DNA from: Octopus sinensis
Lineage: Eukaryota
DNA: 64,000 bases
Reading direction: 5' to 3'
NCBI RefSeq assembly: GCF_006345805.1
Contig: NC_043006.1
Span: 103,354,001-103,418,000 of the forward strand
The notes under the pieces were generated by a model. It saw nothing but the letters and a program-made list of their open reading frames with translations, did not search any database and had not been told where the DNA came from. The position numbers were made by a program, and so were the translations under genes. Positions 28,016 to 41,446 of the stretch are shown one piece after another. Each line of letters begins with the position of its first letter. Position 1 is the stretch's first letter.

Positions 28016-28776
28016 TCGATCGTATCCCCTTTCAAACCAAGCTCTTCATGTGAGAACATGAACTTTATACGTACCACATTTATATATACCACGTTATAGC
28101 ACAAGAAAACACATTTAACGGATAGAGTAACGGGGATTCAACAATTACAGGTTTTACGACAGCTAATTGTGCTCTGCCTGTGTGTTCGTTTATCCAAGAG
28201 GTAGATACAGATGTGTTAGATTCCTAGATAAGGTGCTTTTGAATAGCAGAGGGAGATAGATTGGGATGATGACTGTAGTCAAAAGGCAAAGACAGGTGAA
28301 GGAACAACTTGCAGGTGTATCAGTTTGAAGCTCGGGAAGAATGGAAAAGTCTTTGAGCTTTCGAAACTACGCTCTTTCACAGAAGGGATAGAGAGGGAAA
28401 AAATGGGGAGGATGAAAAAAACGTCTCACATACACACACACACACACCACAAAGACACTCACACACACACGTAAGCACACACATCCTTACATCTATATAT
28501 ATGTATATATATATATATATGTTATATATATAATGTATAGATGTATATATATGTATATATATATATATGTATATATGTATATATATATGTATATATATAT
28601 ATGTATATATATATATACATATAATATATATATAGATAATAATATATATATACATATATATATATATACATGTATATATATATATAAATATTATTAGAGA
28701 CAAACCACTATTTTGCAAAACAAACAAGGAAAGACTTAATCAATACATAAAATTTTAATAAATAGTCAAAAAACCG

Positions 28777-28820
28777 CCACTACAATCGTTTCCTTGTCTT
28801 GATCGACAATCTTCAGGTGG
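28777..28820 (-). ncRNA. minimal type I hammerhead ribozyme (left arm)
   Basis: RNA: CCAC CUGAAGA UUGUC GAUCAA GACAA G GAAAC GAUU GUA GUGG (one extra G before GAAA). Confidence 0.7.
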
Positions 28821-30150
28821 ACTTCCAATCTAAAAAATCAATATTTTAAAATATAAAAATTAATTTTAAAATAATAAAGTATGAATGAAAATATAAGTAT
28901 ATAATCCATATTAACCTATCTATAATCCATATATAATCAATATAAAACAATATATAAACAAAAAAACCTATCAACAATTAAATATAAAATATAAAATATA
29001 AAATATAAAATATAATATAAAATAAAACACAACAAAAAAATAATAATAATATATAATAAACTTATATACACCCATACACATATACCTAATTTATATATAA
29101 CCATATCTAACTACATACACTAAATCACACACCTATATAATATCCCTATACATACACATAAAAATGTCTAGGCAACTATAAATAAATCAAATAGCTAAAT
29201 ACTTCAACACAATACTTATTCATACTCCCACACACACACACATACAACCCACATTCACGCTCTAGAAACGGACATCACTCAAAACTATGAACGGAGAAAT
29301 GGAATAATGGAATTAAAAATTATATTCACTTGGTAAAACGAACACTACTTAAAAATTATGAATGAAACAATGCAATAAAACAACAGACATCGCAATAGAC
29401 ACAAATTACTACAAATTCCTTATCAACCTACCATGATAACCAAAACTCATAAAAACATATAATGATAAAATCTCCCTTTACTAACTCTATAACAAACCTA
29501 TATAGCAATCCCCCTAACCTAAACATTCACACACACAAATACACACACGTAAACCACACCCCACGACATATACAAATACCCCACACCACTTACACATACC
29601 AATACATACATATAAACCTCAACATATACTCCCCCACACACAGACAAATAAACACAAAAATTATGAATGGATTCTTTTATAAAACTACCATGATAAGCTA
29701 AAACTCACAAAACAGAAATGATAAAACCTCCCTTTACTAAACACTAAAACATACTTATATAGCAATTCCTTTAACCTATACATTCACACACAAAACCACT
29801 CGTAAATGTATAGGGATATATATATAGGTGTGTGATTTAGTGTATGTAGTTAGATATGGTTATATATAATTAGGTATATGTGTATGGGTGTATATATAGT
29901 TTATTATTATATTATTATTATTTTTTTGTTTTGTTTTATATTTTATATTTTATATTTTATATTTTATATTTTATATTTATATTTAATTGTTGATAGGTTT
30001 TTTAGTTTATATATTGTTTATATATTGATTATATATGGATTATAGATAGGTTATATATGGATTATATACTTATATTTTTTCATTCATACTTTAATTATTT
30101 TAAAATTATTATTTTTATATTTTAAAATATTGATTTTTTAGATTGGAATT

Positions 30151-30193
30151 CCACCTGAAGATTGTCGATCAAGACAAGAAACGATTGTAGTGG
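30151..30193 (+). ncRNA. minimal type I hammerhead ribozyme (right arm)
   Basis: RNA: CCAC CUGAAGA UUGUC GAUCAA GACAA GAAAC GAUU GUA GUGG; helix I 4 bp, helix II 5 bp, canonical CUGANGA/GAAA core, predicted cut after A30189. Confidence 0.8.
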
Positions 30194-30500
30194 CGGTTTT
30201 TTTGACTATTTATTAAATTTTATGTATTGATTAAGTCTTTCCTTGTTTGTTTTGCAAAATAGTGGTTTGTGTCTCTAATAATATTTTATAATATTTTACT
30301 ATAAAATCGATTTAATCCTAAATCTGATTTTTTCCCTGTAATTTGGATTTATTCCCTAATATTTATTATATATATATATATAATATATATATATATATAC
30401 ATATATATATACACATATATATATGTTATATATATATACATATATACATATATATATATGTAAGGATGTGTTCGTGAGTGTCTTGTGTGTTGTGTTGTGT

Positions 30501-30539
<39 letters not shown>

Positions 30540-31122
30540 AGAGAGATAGAAAGAGAGAGAGAGAGAAACAGAGAGTAATTTTTCTTAATTTAAATTCTTG
30601 ATGTTATTTTTTTACAAACGTACGATCTTCGCCGTTTCATGTCACAGAAACAATGACATCCATACGAGGCAATTTACTGCAGCATTTGCTGCAAATTACA
30701 TACAAACTACGCAAAGTCGGGTTTCGATGTTTATTGCTTGTTACTGATAACAATAACGGTATTTATGTGTTATTTTATTTACTTAGTTGCCGTTGACACA
30801 CTCGATAGTAATTGTTAGTCTGTTGTTTGAGAGGTCTGTGCGAGATACAAGACACCAATTATTTCTGGTGACCTTTCCAGCTTCTACGAGCTGAATGAGC
30901 TGTACAAACGAAGCAGCTGTACGTTTGTCGTGTACACACACACACACACACACACACACATAAAAATATATGTGCATGTATGTATATATGCGTCTGTGTG
31001 CGTATTTGTACCGACATATCTCTGTGTATTTATTTACTTATCTATCGAATCTACATTTTTCTTTTCCTCTTCATACACACACATTTATATGTACATATGT
31101 ATGTATGTATGTATGTATGTAC

Positions 31123-31153
<31 letters not shown>

Positions 31154-31414
31154 TGTATGTAGGTATGTATGCATGTATGTATGTATGCAAGTACAGATAC
31201 GCAGATGCATACATACATACTTACATACATACATATACATACAAACAAATAGGTATGCATAATATGAGGTTTATGCATATGCGAATACTGAAGTGTTGTA
31301 CAGATAATTTATATTGAGAAAAAGGAGGGAGACAGCATCTTTGGATAATTCTTTATTAGCGCTTTCGTTCGTTTATCGAACTCGTCAAGACAAAATCAAA
31401 TCAAAATGACCATG

Positions 31415-31462
<48 letters not shown>

Positions 31463-32575
31463 TATATATTGTGTGTGTGTGTGGTGTGTGTGTGGTGTGT
31501 GTGTGTGTGTGTTTGGAGTTACTATTGTGTGGGTTTGTGCAAATGTCTATTTTGTGGCAACATTAGTCGGGTCGATGATGAATATTTAGCTTTTGCTAGA
31601 GTTAAACTGCCTAAAACTTTAATTGTATCATAACTGGCAGAGTATTCCTGAGGCGTGTATCTGTGACATAATTCTCAAGAGTCTTTGCCTTATATTAAAA
31701 ATACATCTGACGAGCTTCTACCTATTATTTCTGTTGGTTCACCATCGCTCAGGAAGCTTAGACCCAACTGAGCTATAGTAAAAGAATCTAAAACATGATA
31801 GTGAGTTGTGGGATCGAAAACAAACCGTATGATTGGGAAGAGGACGCAAGCAATATGTCTAAAACGAGAACGCCATATATGTATATGTGAAATAACACCT
31901 TTTGTTTGATATGTGCATTGTAATTCATGCGTGCAGTGTGGCTGAATGATTAAGAATTTACCATGGCAACGATGAACTCACGGATCCGAACATTCCGTGT
32001 TCCATCTTAGCATGGCGTGTTGCATCTTGGTAACATTCTGAACATTCCGTGTTGTATCTTGGTGATAGGCTGACTTACATCTTCCACGCACGCCAGCTTA
32101 ATTTAATTCGTACTTAGTCGAAAGACACCTGTTGTTATGTCCTGTTAATTGTATTTGTATTTATGTAACATTTCTCTTTTTTCCGTCCTTGTTTTCGTAC
32201 ACATTCGCTGCTTTCTTCCAAGGTATCTAATGCTCTTAGCTAAGTTTTTTCCTTGGGGCTCGCCAGATTGGTCGAGTATAACCAGCCGAAATTGCAAAGA
32301 TAATCTGGAACTCGATTTTTTTGTATCGTCTGTCTGGACGTTTTGCGTTCTTCTCCCATTTTTGTATTATATATATATATATATATATATACATACACAC
32401 AACACACACACACACACATATATATATGTGTGTGTGTATGTATGTATATATATATATATACATACATATATATATATGCATATATATATGTATATATATA
32501 CACACACACATATATATATACATACATATATACATATATATATACAGACATATATACATATATATATATGTGGTG

Positions 32576-32607
<32 letters not shown>

Positions 32608-32643
32608 TATATAAATACATATTATATATATAATGTACGTATG

Positions 32644-32682
<39 letters not shown>

Positions 32683-32744
32683 TATATATACATATAGATG
32701 TATATATGTATGTATGTGTATGTATGTATTCTCGAATACACAAA

Positions 32745-32960
32745 AATAGCACATCGACATTTGCGTCACTAACGAACAACCCAACTTCAGAATTTTTCTC
32801 CTCTACAAATACAGGGACAATGCAACCTATAATCAGCGCGTTAGCTAAGAGTCATATTTTATCCACCACAAATGACGATTCTACAAGGGTCTTAGAATAA
32901 TAACTACGCAAAAATTATAGGCGATATATTCAGAACAGTCACCATCTATTAATTTATTCA
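32745..32960 (+). pseudogene. PLE GIY-YIG C-terminal fragment
   Basis: [39 protein letters not shown]. Confidence 0.65.
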
Positions 32961-33051
32961 GAACTGATTACTTTTATATCACTTCACCATTTTGGGGGAC
33001 TCCACCAACAGCCTACTACTGTCATGCCACACCCGTCTTTTTCTTATTTTT

Positions 33052-33290
33052 CTCTTCTTCTTCTTCTTCTTCTTCTTCTTCTTCTTCTTCTTCTTCTTCT
33101 TCTTCTTCTTCTTCTTCTTCTTCTTCTTCTTCTTCTTCTTCTTCTCCTCCACCTCCTCCTCCTTCTCCTTCTTCTCCTTCTCCTTCTTCTTCTTCTTCCT
33201 CATCTTCTTCTCCATCTCCTTCTTCTTCTTCTTCCTCTTCTTCTCCTTCTCCTTCTCCTTCTTCTTCTTCTTCTTTCTTCTTCTTCTTCG
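33052..33290. repeat. (TTC)n/(TCC)n polypyrimidine tract
   Basis: Directly visible. Confidence 0.95.
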
Positions 33291-33419
33291 CCGTCTCTTT
33301 CCTGGGCTACTGCTGCTTAAACAATCAAAACCAAGAACCCACATCCTCCATTTTAAATATTTCTTCAGATCTGCAGCCACCTACCAACTCAGTTTCCACA
33401 AAAGTAAAAGAAGGGGAAA

Positions 33420-33442
33420 GAGAGAGAGAGAGAGAGAAAGAG

Positions 33443-33516
<74 letters not shown>

Positions 33517-33552
33517 TTAGATAGATAGATAGATATATAGATAGATAGATAT

Positions 33553-33642
<90 letters not shown>

Positions 33643-33650
33643 GAGAGAGA
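33420..33650. repeat. (GA)n/(GATA)n microsatellite
   Basis: Directly visible. Confidence 0.95.
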
Positions 33651-33691
33651 GTAGAAAAGATATGTCATATATATTTGAAATCTATTTCCTT

Positions 33692-33746
<55 letters not shown>

Positions 33747-33859
33747 ACACGAGAGGAAGTAAAAAATATATCTACTTGCGCCATAACATATCTTTATTAT
33801 TGCCACACTGCTTTCTGCGCATGCGTGCTTACAGATAGTACTAATGTGGTCACGTGGTC

Positions 33860-34345
33860 ATTAAAGTTTGATCGGGCTATTTTCCTTTCTGGTTTTACAG
33901 TGTAAGCACGGTCGCTCTACTAGCAATATGCACCAAAGAATAACAAACAGCAGTGATCGGATTCCCCTGGAAAATGGGTGCACCATGAACAATGTAAGAT
34001 GTTGTGCTTTCCTGGACAAAGAACTGACGCCAGCAGTTTACACCAAACCCCAAAGCCTATTGTTGAAGAAAGTCTTGTTGCATGACAACGCACGCACACC
34101 GTAGAAACCATCAAGCAATTAAGTACTGGGGTACTACAACGCAGATCTCGCCCCTCCCGATAATTATATCTTTGAAGCGTTCAAAGACAATTTACGAGGT
34201 CGTCGATTCTCTACGGATGATGTGAAGGAAGCGGTGCATAAATGCATCTGCGACCAACAGAAAACCCTTTTTTGGAGTGAATACGCAAGCTTGTGGATCA
34301 CTGGATCAAATGCATCGAAGGAAAGGGACTATATAGAAAAGCGAC
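33860..34345 (+). pseudogene. mariner transposase C-terminal relic
   Basis: VLLHDNARTP, DLAPPDNYIFEAFKDNLRGRRFSTDDVKEAVHK, terminal DYIEK. Confidence 0.85.
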
Positions 34346-34544
34346 GTACTTGTTTTTTCCCCTGCTTTCGCGTAAATACGTTGCGTATAATTTTTGACTA
34401 CTCCTCGTATATATTTATGTAGGTATACAATGCGCATGTATATAGATAGATAGAAAAATAGATAGATAGATACATACATGCATACAAATATATGCAAAAA
34501 CATACTCATATATAAATGTATATTTTATTTTAGAATTTATGAAA

Positions 34545-34735
34545 GCAACTGTCTTTAAACACTCGTGTTGTCGTTGAGTACTCGAAACCGGAAGTAGACA
34601 GACAGCTAACAACTGATGAAGGGTCCTTTCTCTGTGTTTACTTCTCCTGTTTTCCATTTCTTTTCGTTGTTTATGTATTTAACTAGTTTGTTTACGTATT
34701 TCATGTTATTTGCAATTTTGGTGACGTCCTGTAAC
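34545..34735 (+). mobile_element. PLE-type terminal repeat (degenerate hammerhead-like elements)
   Basis: CTGTC...GAAACCGGAAGTA-GACAG and a CTGATGAAGG at 34613; 3' end shared with 23690-23808. Confidence 0.45.
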
Positions 34736-34900
34736 CTTATACGCATCTATATATATATAACGGGAAGCTTTATGAAAATAAACAAAAGACGAAGGCAGGT
34801 GGAAAACAAACGAACAATTGTATTAGTATGGCGCTCAGGAAATATAAATAAAACAAGTCTTTAACGTATTATTTATATATATACATTTATACATATACAT

Positions 34901-34932
<32 letters not shown>

Positions 34933-35404
34933 TATGTATACATACTTTCACATAAACATGCACACACACACATATATATATCCACATATATATGTGAATA
35001 TGTATATAGATGTATACGCATATGTATGTATTACATATATATATATATATACACATATAGAGTTATGTTGAAACTGTCAGAGTATTGTGTCTATGCGTTT
35101 GTACACTTGACTGTATCCGTGTGCACGGGTGTGTTTGTGTAGTGCTATCTAAGTGGCCTTAATGCGCTTGTGCGTCCGATTAAGACGCAATTAACTAACA
35201 TGTTCTGAGACTCAAACTACATAACCCAACCACCGCATAGATGCATTCCAGTCGTTATCTGTGGCGTTATCAATGGAGGAGAAATGATATACTATGAATT
35301 ATAATTCTCATGTATCAAATTATAAAAAGTTAAAGTTGTTATTTTAAAACTGCTACCAACATATAAAAGATTAATTTCAGTCGAAGTTAGGTTTTGCCGG
35401 TAGT

Positions 35405-35552
35405 ACCTTGGGCAAGTAACTTCTACTAAAGAATCAGACTAACAAAAGTCTTTTGAGTGGATTTGGTACACGGGCATGGCTGTGTGTAAGAAGCTTGTTT
35501 CCCTACCACATGGTCCTGGGTTCAGTCCCACTCCGTGGCACCTTGGGCAATG
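35405..35552 (+). mobile_element. SINE family 1 head fragments
   Basis: GGTTCAGTCCCACTCCGTGGCACCTTGGGCAA and GAGTGGATTTGGTA segments. Confidence 0.7.
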
Positions 35553-35562
35553 GTAAACCACC

Positions 35563-35607
<45 letters not shown>

Positions 35608-35628
35608 TTAGAAAAAATAAGGTACACA

Positions 35629-35659
<31 letters not shown>

Positions 35660-35679
35660 GCGCACACACATATCTATAT

Positions 35680-35711
<32 letters not shown>

Positions 35712-35736
35712 GATATATATATATACATATACATAT

Positions 35737-35816
<80 letters not shown>

Positions 35817-36699
35817 TCATTACAGATATAGGGTAAAGAATTATTAATTGCATGCCCAGCAGAAATCCTCGAAATCCGTTTGATGAAATTATTTCATAAG
35901 GAGTATATAAATAATAAAAAATCGGGCGGTATTGGGGGCGAATATATCTATTTAAATACTTAACACGTTTAGAATTAAGGCCGTTTTTTATGTAATAATA
36001 ATTTTAGTGTATACTAAAATTATGCTTACATGCCTGCATTAATATGTATGTTATGCATCATAAAATACACTTGTTTATTCAAAAGCAAATAAGGGAAGTA
36101 GCTCATCAGATCACCACAATATCATGGTTACAGGAAGCGAAATTGAGTTGAATCGTTGGTGTTCCTGTGATCTGATCTGATGGGCTGGCTTTCTTTATTT
36201 GCATTAAAGTGTGAATATGCGATTATATTATGCAACGCATAGCTTACATATTAAAGCACACAGGAAAACATGAAGTGTTAGCACTGAAGTTGTTATTACA
36301 TTAAAAAAGGCTGCGAAACGGCTGTAACATAGGATTGTCAAGTGGTTAAAGAAATATATTCACCTCTAACACCTCCCGGCTTTTTTATGGTTTATCTATA
36401 TACGCAAATGTGAATTAAATATAAATAAGTAACAATTAATTCACCTATCTCTGAACATGCCGCTCGCGTGTTCTGAAGTATATTATGGACGGTCTATTTA
36501 AGAAAAGGTACATGTCTGAATAGCTCAAAAGAGGATTATATACTTGGATTAAACTGACTGCATACATTACTGAATAACATTCTGCCACTACTTCTGTACC
36601 AAGGTTGGTATTCACCTAAAATTTATGTGTATTCATTTTATTCCTTAACTAGTTGCTTACCTCTCCAATTTATTCATTTTCCATTTTTTCCGCACCTCT

Positions 36700-36875
36700 C
36701 ACCCTAAAACACCAACATTAACCCTAAAACCTCAACTCTAGCCCTAATCCTAAAACCCTAACCCTAAAACCCTAACCCTAAAATCCTAACTCTAACCCTA
36801 AAACGCTAACCCTAAAACACTAACCCAAACCCCTAAAACCCTAACCCTAATCTTAAAACCTTAAAGCTAAAACCT
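36700..36875 (+). repeat. interstitial telomere-like (CCCTAA/CCCTAAAA)n array
   Basis: Alternating, degenerate 6- and 8-bp units. Confidence 0.85.
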
Positions 36876-37764
36876 GTACAAACGCACGAACGATGTCATG
36901 AATAACAGTGGCAAAAGAAATATACACCGCCGATAGGTGACAAACACAAGAGTAATTTTATTCAGCTGAATACACCTCATGGATTGGTTGATATTACCGA
37001 AATATGACAACTTTAACACAAAATACTTTCGTAAATATAAACGTTTCTCAACAACGTTAAGAGTAGATGTTTTACATGACACCAGTATACGAAGTTTCAA
37101 AGTGTTAATGAAAATTAATTAATCGTGCTGCCCATGAAAAGGAAATGACCCCTTGTTTCTATCGTATATGAATATATATATGTATGTATGTGTGTGCATG
37201 TACGTATATGTATATGTGTGTGTGCATGTACGTATATGTATATGTGTGTGTGTGCGCATGCATGTATATATATATATAATTCATTTGTTCGTCATTTAGC
37301 ACCTATATTTACTTATATCTCTAAAATAGCCATCTTTTATGCGGTATCAGTCGTACTGTTAGCTTTTACATTTGAATATATTTCAAATAAATTATAAAAA
37401 CTGACAGGCCGTTTCCTAGAATATAATATATGAATATTTTATAATTACAAACAGATGGATATGTAAAACAATGAAAGAATAATCGATATTTTATCATACA
37501 TGTTATTTGAAACCGAAGATATAATTCTTTAAGAAGCAGAATTTTAATACAGACAATCTACAGCTTGCATTGTCTGTGTATTTTGCGTGGAATATACTTC
37601 TCTCCAGTTTTTCTTGCAAATAATGGCAAAGCACTTAAAGCAAACATGATTTTATACTGATATTCAGAATGTTAACTGTGATTCGTAAAGGAATAAAAGG
37701 CTTTTTTATCTGATATGATATTTGAAATCGTCTACAATTATTTGGGAGGTATTATTTTGAAGTT

Positions 37765-37890
37765 GCGAGTGCGCATGCCCTAGTAGTTACGGTGTCGTAC
37801 TCACGATCGTGAAATCGTGGTTTCAATTCCTAGACCAGGTGGTACGTTGTTCTCTTGTGCAAAACACCTCATCTTACATTGCTCTGAGAT
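37765..37890 (+). mobile_element. diverged tRNA-SINE head (family 3-like)
   Basis: GCGCATGCCCTAGTAGTTA...CTCACGATCGTGA...GGTTTCAATTCC. Confidence 0.55.
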
Positions 37891-38002
37891 TACCTCGCTT
37901 CAAACAACGTCGATTTAATGAAGAGAGTGAGCTAATGTACAGTACATATATTTGATCACTATAACCATTTGCGCAGGACGGTCAGCAAGAGCTGAACACT
38001 TA

Positions 38003-38603
38003 GGCGACGAGCTGGCAGAATCGTTAGCACGCTGGGCGAAATCCGTAGCCGTATTTTGTCTACCGTTACGTTCTGAGTTAAAATTCCGCCGAGGTCGACT
38101 TTGTTTTTCATCCTTTCGGGGTCGATTAAAAAAGTACCAGTTACGCACTGGGGTCGATATAATCGACTTAATCCGTTTGTCTGTCCTTGTTTGTCCCCTC
38201 TGTGTGTAGCCCCTTGTGGGCAGTAAAGAAATAGGTATTTTGCCCTTCTTTACGTTCTGAGTTCGAATTCCGCCGAGGTCGAATTTGCCTTTCATCTTTT
38301 CGGGGTCGATTAAATAAGTACCAGTTACGCACTGGGGTCGATATAACCGACTTAATCCGTTTGTCTGTCCTTGTTTGTCCTCTCTGTGTTTAGCCCCTTG
38401 TGGGTAATAAAGAAATAGGTATTTCTTCTGCCATTGCGTTCTGAGTTAAAATTCCGCCGTGGTTGACTTTGCGTTTCATCCTTTCGGGGTCGATAAATTA
38501 AATACCAGTTACGCACTGTGGTCGATGTAATCGACTTAATCCGTTTGTCTATCCTTGTTTATCCCCTCTATGTTTAGCCCTTTGTGGGCAATAAAGAAAT
38601 AAG
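38003..38603 (+). mobile_element. SINE family 2: one full copy plus two tandem 5'-truncated units (~185-bp period)
   Basis: The ACGTTCTGAG...AAAGAAATA unit occurs three times; junctions near 38233 and 38417. Confidence 0.92.
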
Positions 38604-39259
38604 TACTGAACACTTATACGTCGTCTTCTACGGGGAAGTCCATTATTATTTTTAAGTAAAAAAAAAAGATAATAAGCTATTGAAATATAAATCTCCTGCA
38701 TAAAATTCAAAACCTAACCTCATTCTATTACGGAAAACCATTACTGAATATATGTTGGAACATACTACTAACGATGTTAGTGTACGTACCCCCACTGTAG
38801 ATATCTCACGCCAAACTGAGAGCTTCCCCAGGAGTTTCGTAATTCCTTTCCGTCCACCGGTGTTCCTTCTCCTAATTTGCAAGTGAGCTTCAAGTAGGAG
38901 CTCACATTATGCTGCTGCAATATAAAAAATCCACCGAATATTTTTAACTATGCAGGGAGAACTGTAAAATCTCTTACATCTCATGTGACCGAATTATAAG
39001 CGGATAGCTATAAATTTTCTGATACAGCTTGTGTTACACGATTTTGGTTGCCCATTTCTCGAGAAACGTTTCCATTTCATTAATTTCTCTGATCCCTTCA
39101 GCTATGCCGCATTCTCAGTTTCCTTTGTCACTGATATTTTATTCTTTGACAATTAAAATGTTTCAAGATCATCTTCAGTGTTGCTGAGAGAGACATGGCT
39201 TGTCTATATTTATGTCATGCTCAGCTCTCTGGAGCATGCCCACATGTTAGGCCAAGCAG

Positions 39260-39640
39260 GGAGGCGCAATGGCCCAGTGGTTAGGGCAGCGGACTCGCGG
39301 TCGTAGGATCGCGGTTTCGATTCCCAGACCGGGCGTTGTGAGTGTTTATTGAGCGAAAACACCTAAAGCTCCACGAGGCTCCAGCAGGGGATGGTAGTGA
39401 TCCCTGCTGTACTCTTTCACCACAACTTTCTCTCACTCTTACTTCCTGTTTCTGTTGTACCAGTATTTCAAAGGGCCGGCCTTGTCACTTTCTGTGTCAC
39501 GCTGAATATCCCCGAGAACTATGTTATGGGTACATGTGTCTGTGGAGTGCTCAGCCACTTACACGTTAATTTCACGAGCAGGCTGTTCTGTTGATTCGGA
39601 TCAACCGGAACCCTCGTCCTCGTAACCGACAGAGTGCTTC
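39260..39640 (+). mobile_element. tRNA-derived SINE, family 4, full length
   Basis: GGAGGCGCAATGGCCCAGTGGTTAGG A-box, GGTTTCGATTCCC B-box, 3' domain ending GTAACCGACAGAGTGCT. Confidence 0.9.
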
Positions 39641-39829
39641 CTAGACCAAGCAGGCATTTTTTAATCAGACCACCAGACTGGGCACAAAAGGTAATGTATC
39701 TCACTAGAGCACTTGCATTATAGACACATTTCTGTTTTACATGTATATGAATACAGAATTACCAGAAAATGTATAAATTGAAATGTAAAGATTGTTATTT
39801 CTTGAATTATAAAATTCAAAAGATTAATA

Positions 39830-40209
39830 GGCGCAGGAGTGGCCGTGTGGTAAGTAGCTTGCTTACCAACCACACGGTTCCAGGTTCAGTCCCACTGCGT
39901 GGCATCTTGGGCAAGTGTCTTTTGCTATTGCCTCGAGTCGACCAATGCCTTGTGAGTGGATTTGGTAGACGGAAACTGAAAGAAGCCTGTCGTATATATG
40001 TATATATATATATGTATGTGTGTGTATATGTTTGTGTGTCTGTGTTTGTCCCCCCAACCGATGCTGGTGTGTTTGCGTCCCCGTCATTAGCGGCTCGGCA
40101 AAAAAAGACCGATAGAATAAGTACTGGGCTTACAAAGACTAAAGGTGGTGCTCCAGCATGGCCGCAGTCAAATGACTGAAACAAGTAAAAGAGTAAAAGA
40201 GTAAAAGAG
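39830..40209 (+). mobile_element. SINE family 1, full length
   Basis: GGCGCAGGAGTGGCCGTGTGGTAAG head, GGTTCAGTCCC B-box-like motif, (AGTAAAAG)3 tail. Confidence 0.93.
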
Positions 40210-40811
40210 AGTATAGACACAGTGTTAAAAGCTTCAGCCATCATAGAAATTTAGAGAAAAAATCAATTTCAGACATATATTCGTTTGACAAAACAAATAA
40301 ACAAATATAATTATACACAAGAAACACTGCATAAAAAATTACTATCAATTGGGTGATTTATCAAAAAATTAATATGGCTGCAACTTTTTTTATTAGTTTC
40401 TTAACTCAGTAAATTAAAGATTAAGATAGTTAAATTAGATTTAAAATATATAGAGCTTCTGGAGTAAATTTTTCCCATATGAAAGAATCTCTTTTATATG
40501 GAAAATATTAACTGGTAATTAATGAAGGAAAATGTCATATTAAAATATCAGAATTTCAATATATGGTCTTTCAGTTTTCATTTATTCATTCTTTATCTCA
40601 AACAACGTTATAAAATGCACCTGTAATAATTGCATTGATTCTTCGATTATCTCTTGTGTTAAAGGACCTTTCTTCCGTGTAGTTTATCGGAAGAGCGTTT
40701 GAAAATGTACTTGTAAAATCTAAATAAACTTTCTTTTATTCTTGATGTGATAACATGGCGTTTCCGCAACACTTATTATCTCAATCTGCCTCTGCCTCAC
40801 AATCACTTTCC

Positions 40812-41175
40812 GAGTGGCTGTGTGGTAAGTAGCTTGCTTACCAACCGCATGGTTCCGGGTTCAGTCCCAACGTGGCACCTTAGGCAAGTGTCTTCTGCTA
40901 TAGCCTCGGACCGACCAAAGCCTTGTGAGTGGATTTGGTAGACGGGAACTGAAAGAAGCCCATCGTATATATGTTTGTGTGTCTGTGTTTGTCCCCACGA
41001 CATCGCTTGACAACCGATGCTGGTGTGTTTATGTCCCCGCAACCTAGCGGTTCGGCAAAAGTGATCGATAGAATAAGTACTGGGCTTACAAAGAATAAGT
41101 CCTAGGATCGATTTGCTCGACTAAAGGCGGTGCTCCAGCATGGCCACAGTCAAATGACTGAAACAAGTAAAAAAA
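40812..41175 (+). mobile_element. SINE family 1
   Basis: Colinear with 39830-40209. Confidence 0.9.
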
Positions 41176-41204
41176 GGGAGAAATATATATATATATATAT
41201 ATAT

Positions 41205-41375
41205 AAAGGGAAAGTTTACGAAAATAAACAAAAAAAGAAGGCAGGCGGTGTAAAAACAAACAGATGTATTAGTATAGCGCTCAGGAATAGAAAAAGTATT
41301 TTACGTTTCGAGCCTTCGCTCTTCTACAGAAAGATACACAGAAAAAAACAAGGAGAGAAAAAATGTGCTTAGTAG
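41205..41375 (-). mobile_element. PLE-type terminal repeat family B with hammerhead-like motif (41299-41333)
   Basis: RNA: CUUU CUGUAGA A GAGC GAAG GCUC GAAAC GUA AAAU. Confidence 0.75.
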
Positions 41376-41402
41376 CAAACGATCGATCTATCATGGCGTC
41401 TC

Positions 41403-41446
<44 letters not shown>

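Larger units (their letters stand above)
28686..30286. mobile_element. ORF-less foldback element with ~470-bp inverted arms, each carrying a hammerhead
   Basis: 28686-29153 is the reverse complement of 29806-30286; 652-bp A/C-rich spacer with a ~110-bp internal duplication (29428-29540 / 29685-29795). Confidence 0.9.

Noticed and set aside
32149-32784. Long YI/IY-rich ORFs here and throughout the window
   Set aside because: Translations of (TA)n, (CA)n and (TATC)n microsatellites.
38233-38603. CRISPR-like or satellite array
   Set aside because: The units are SINE bodies with no unique spacers, in a eukaryotic context.
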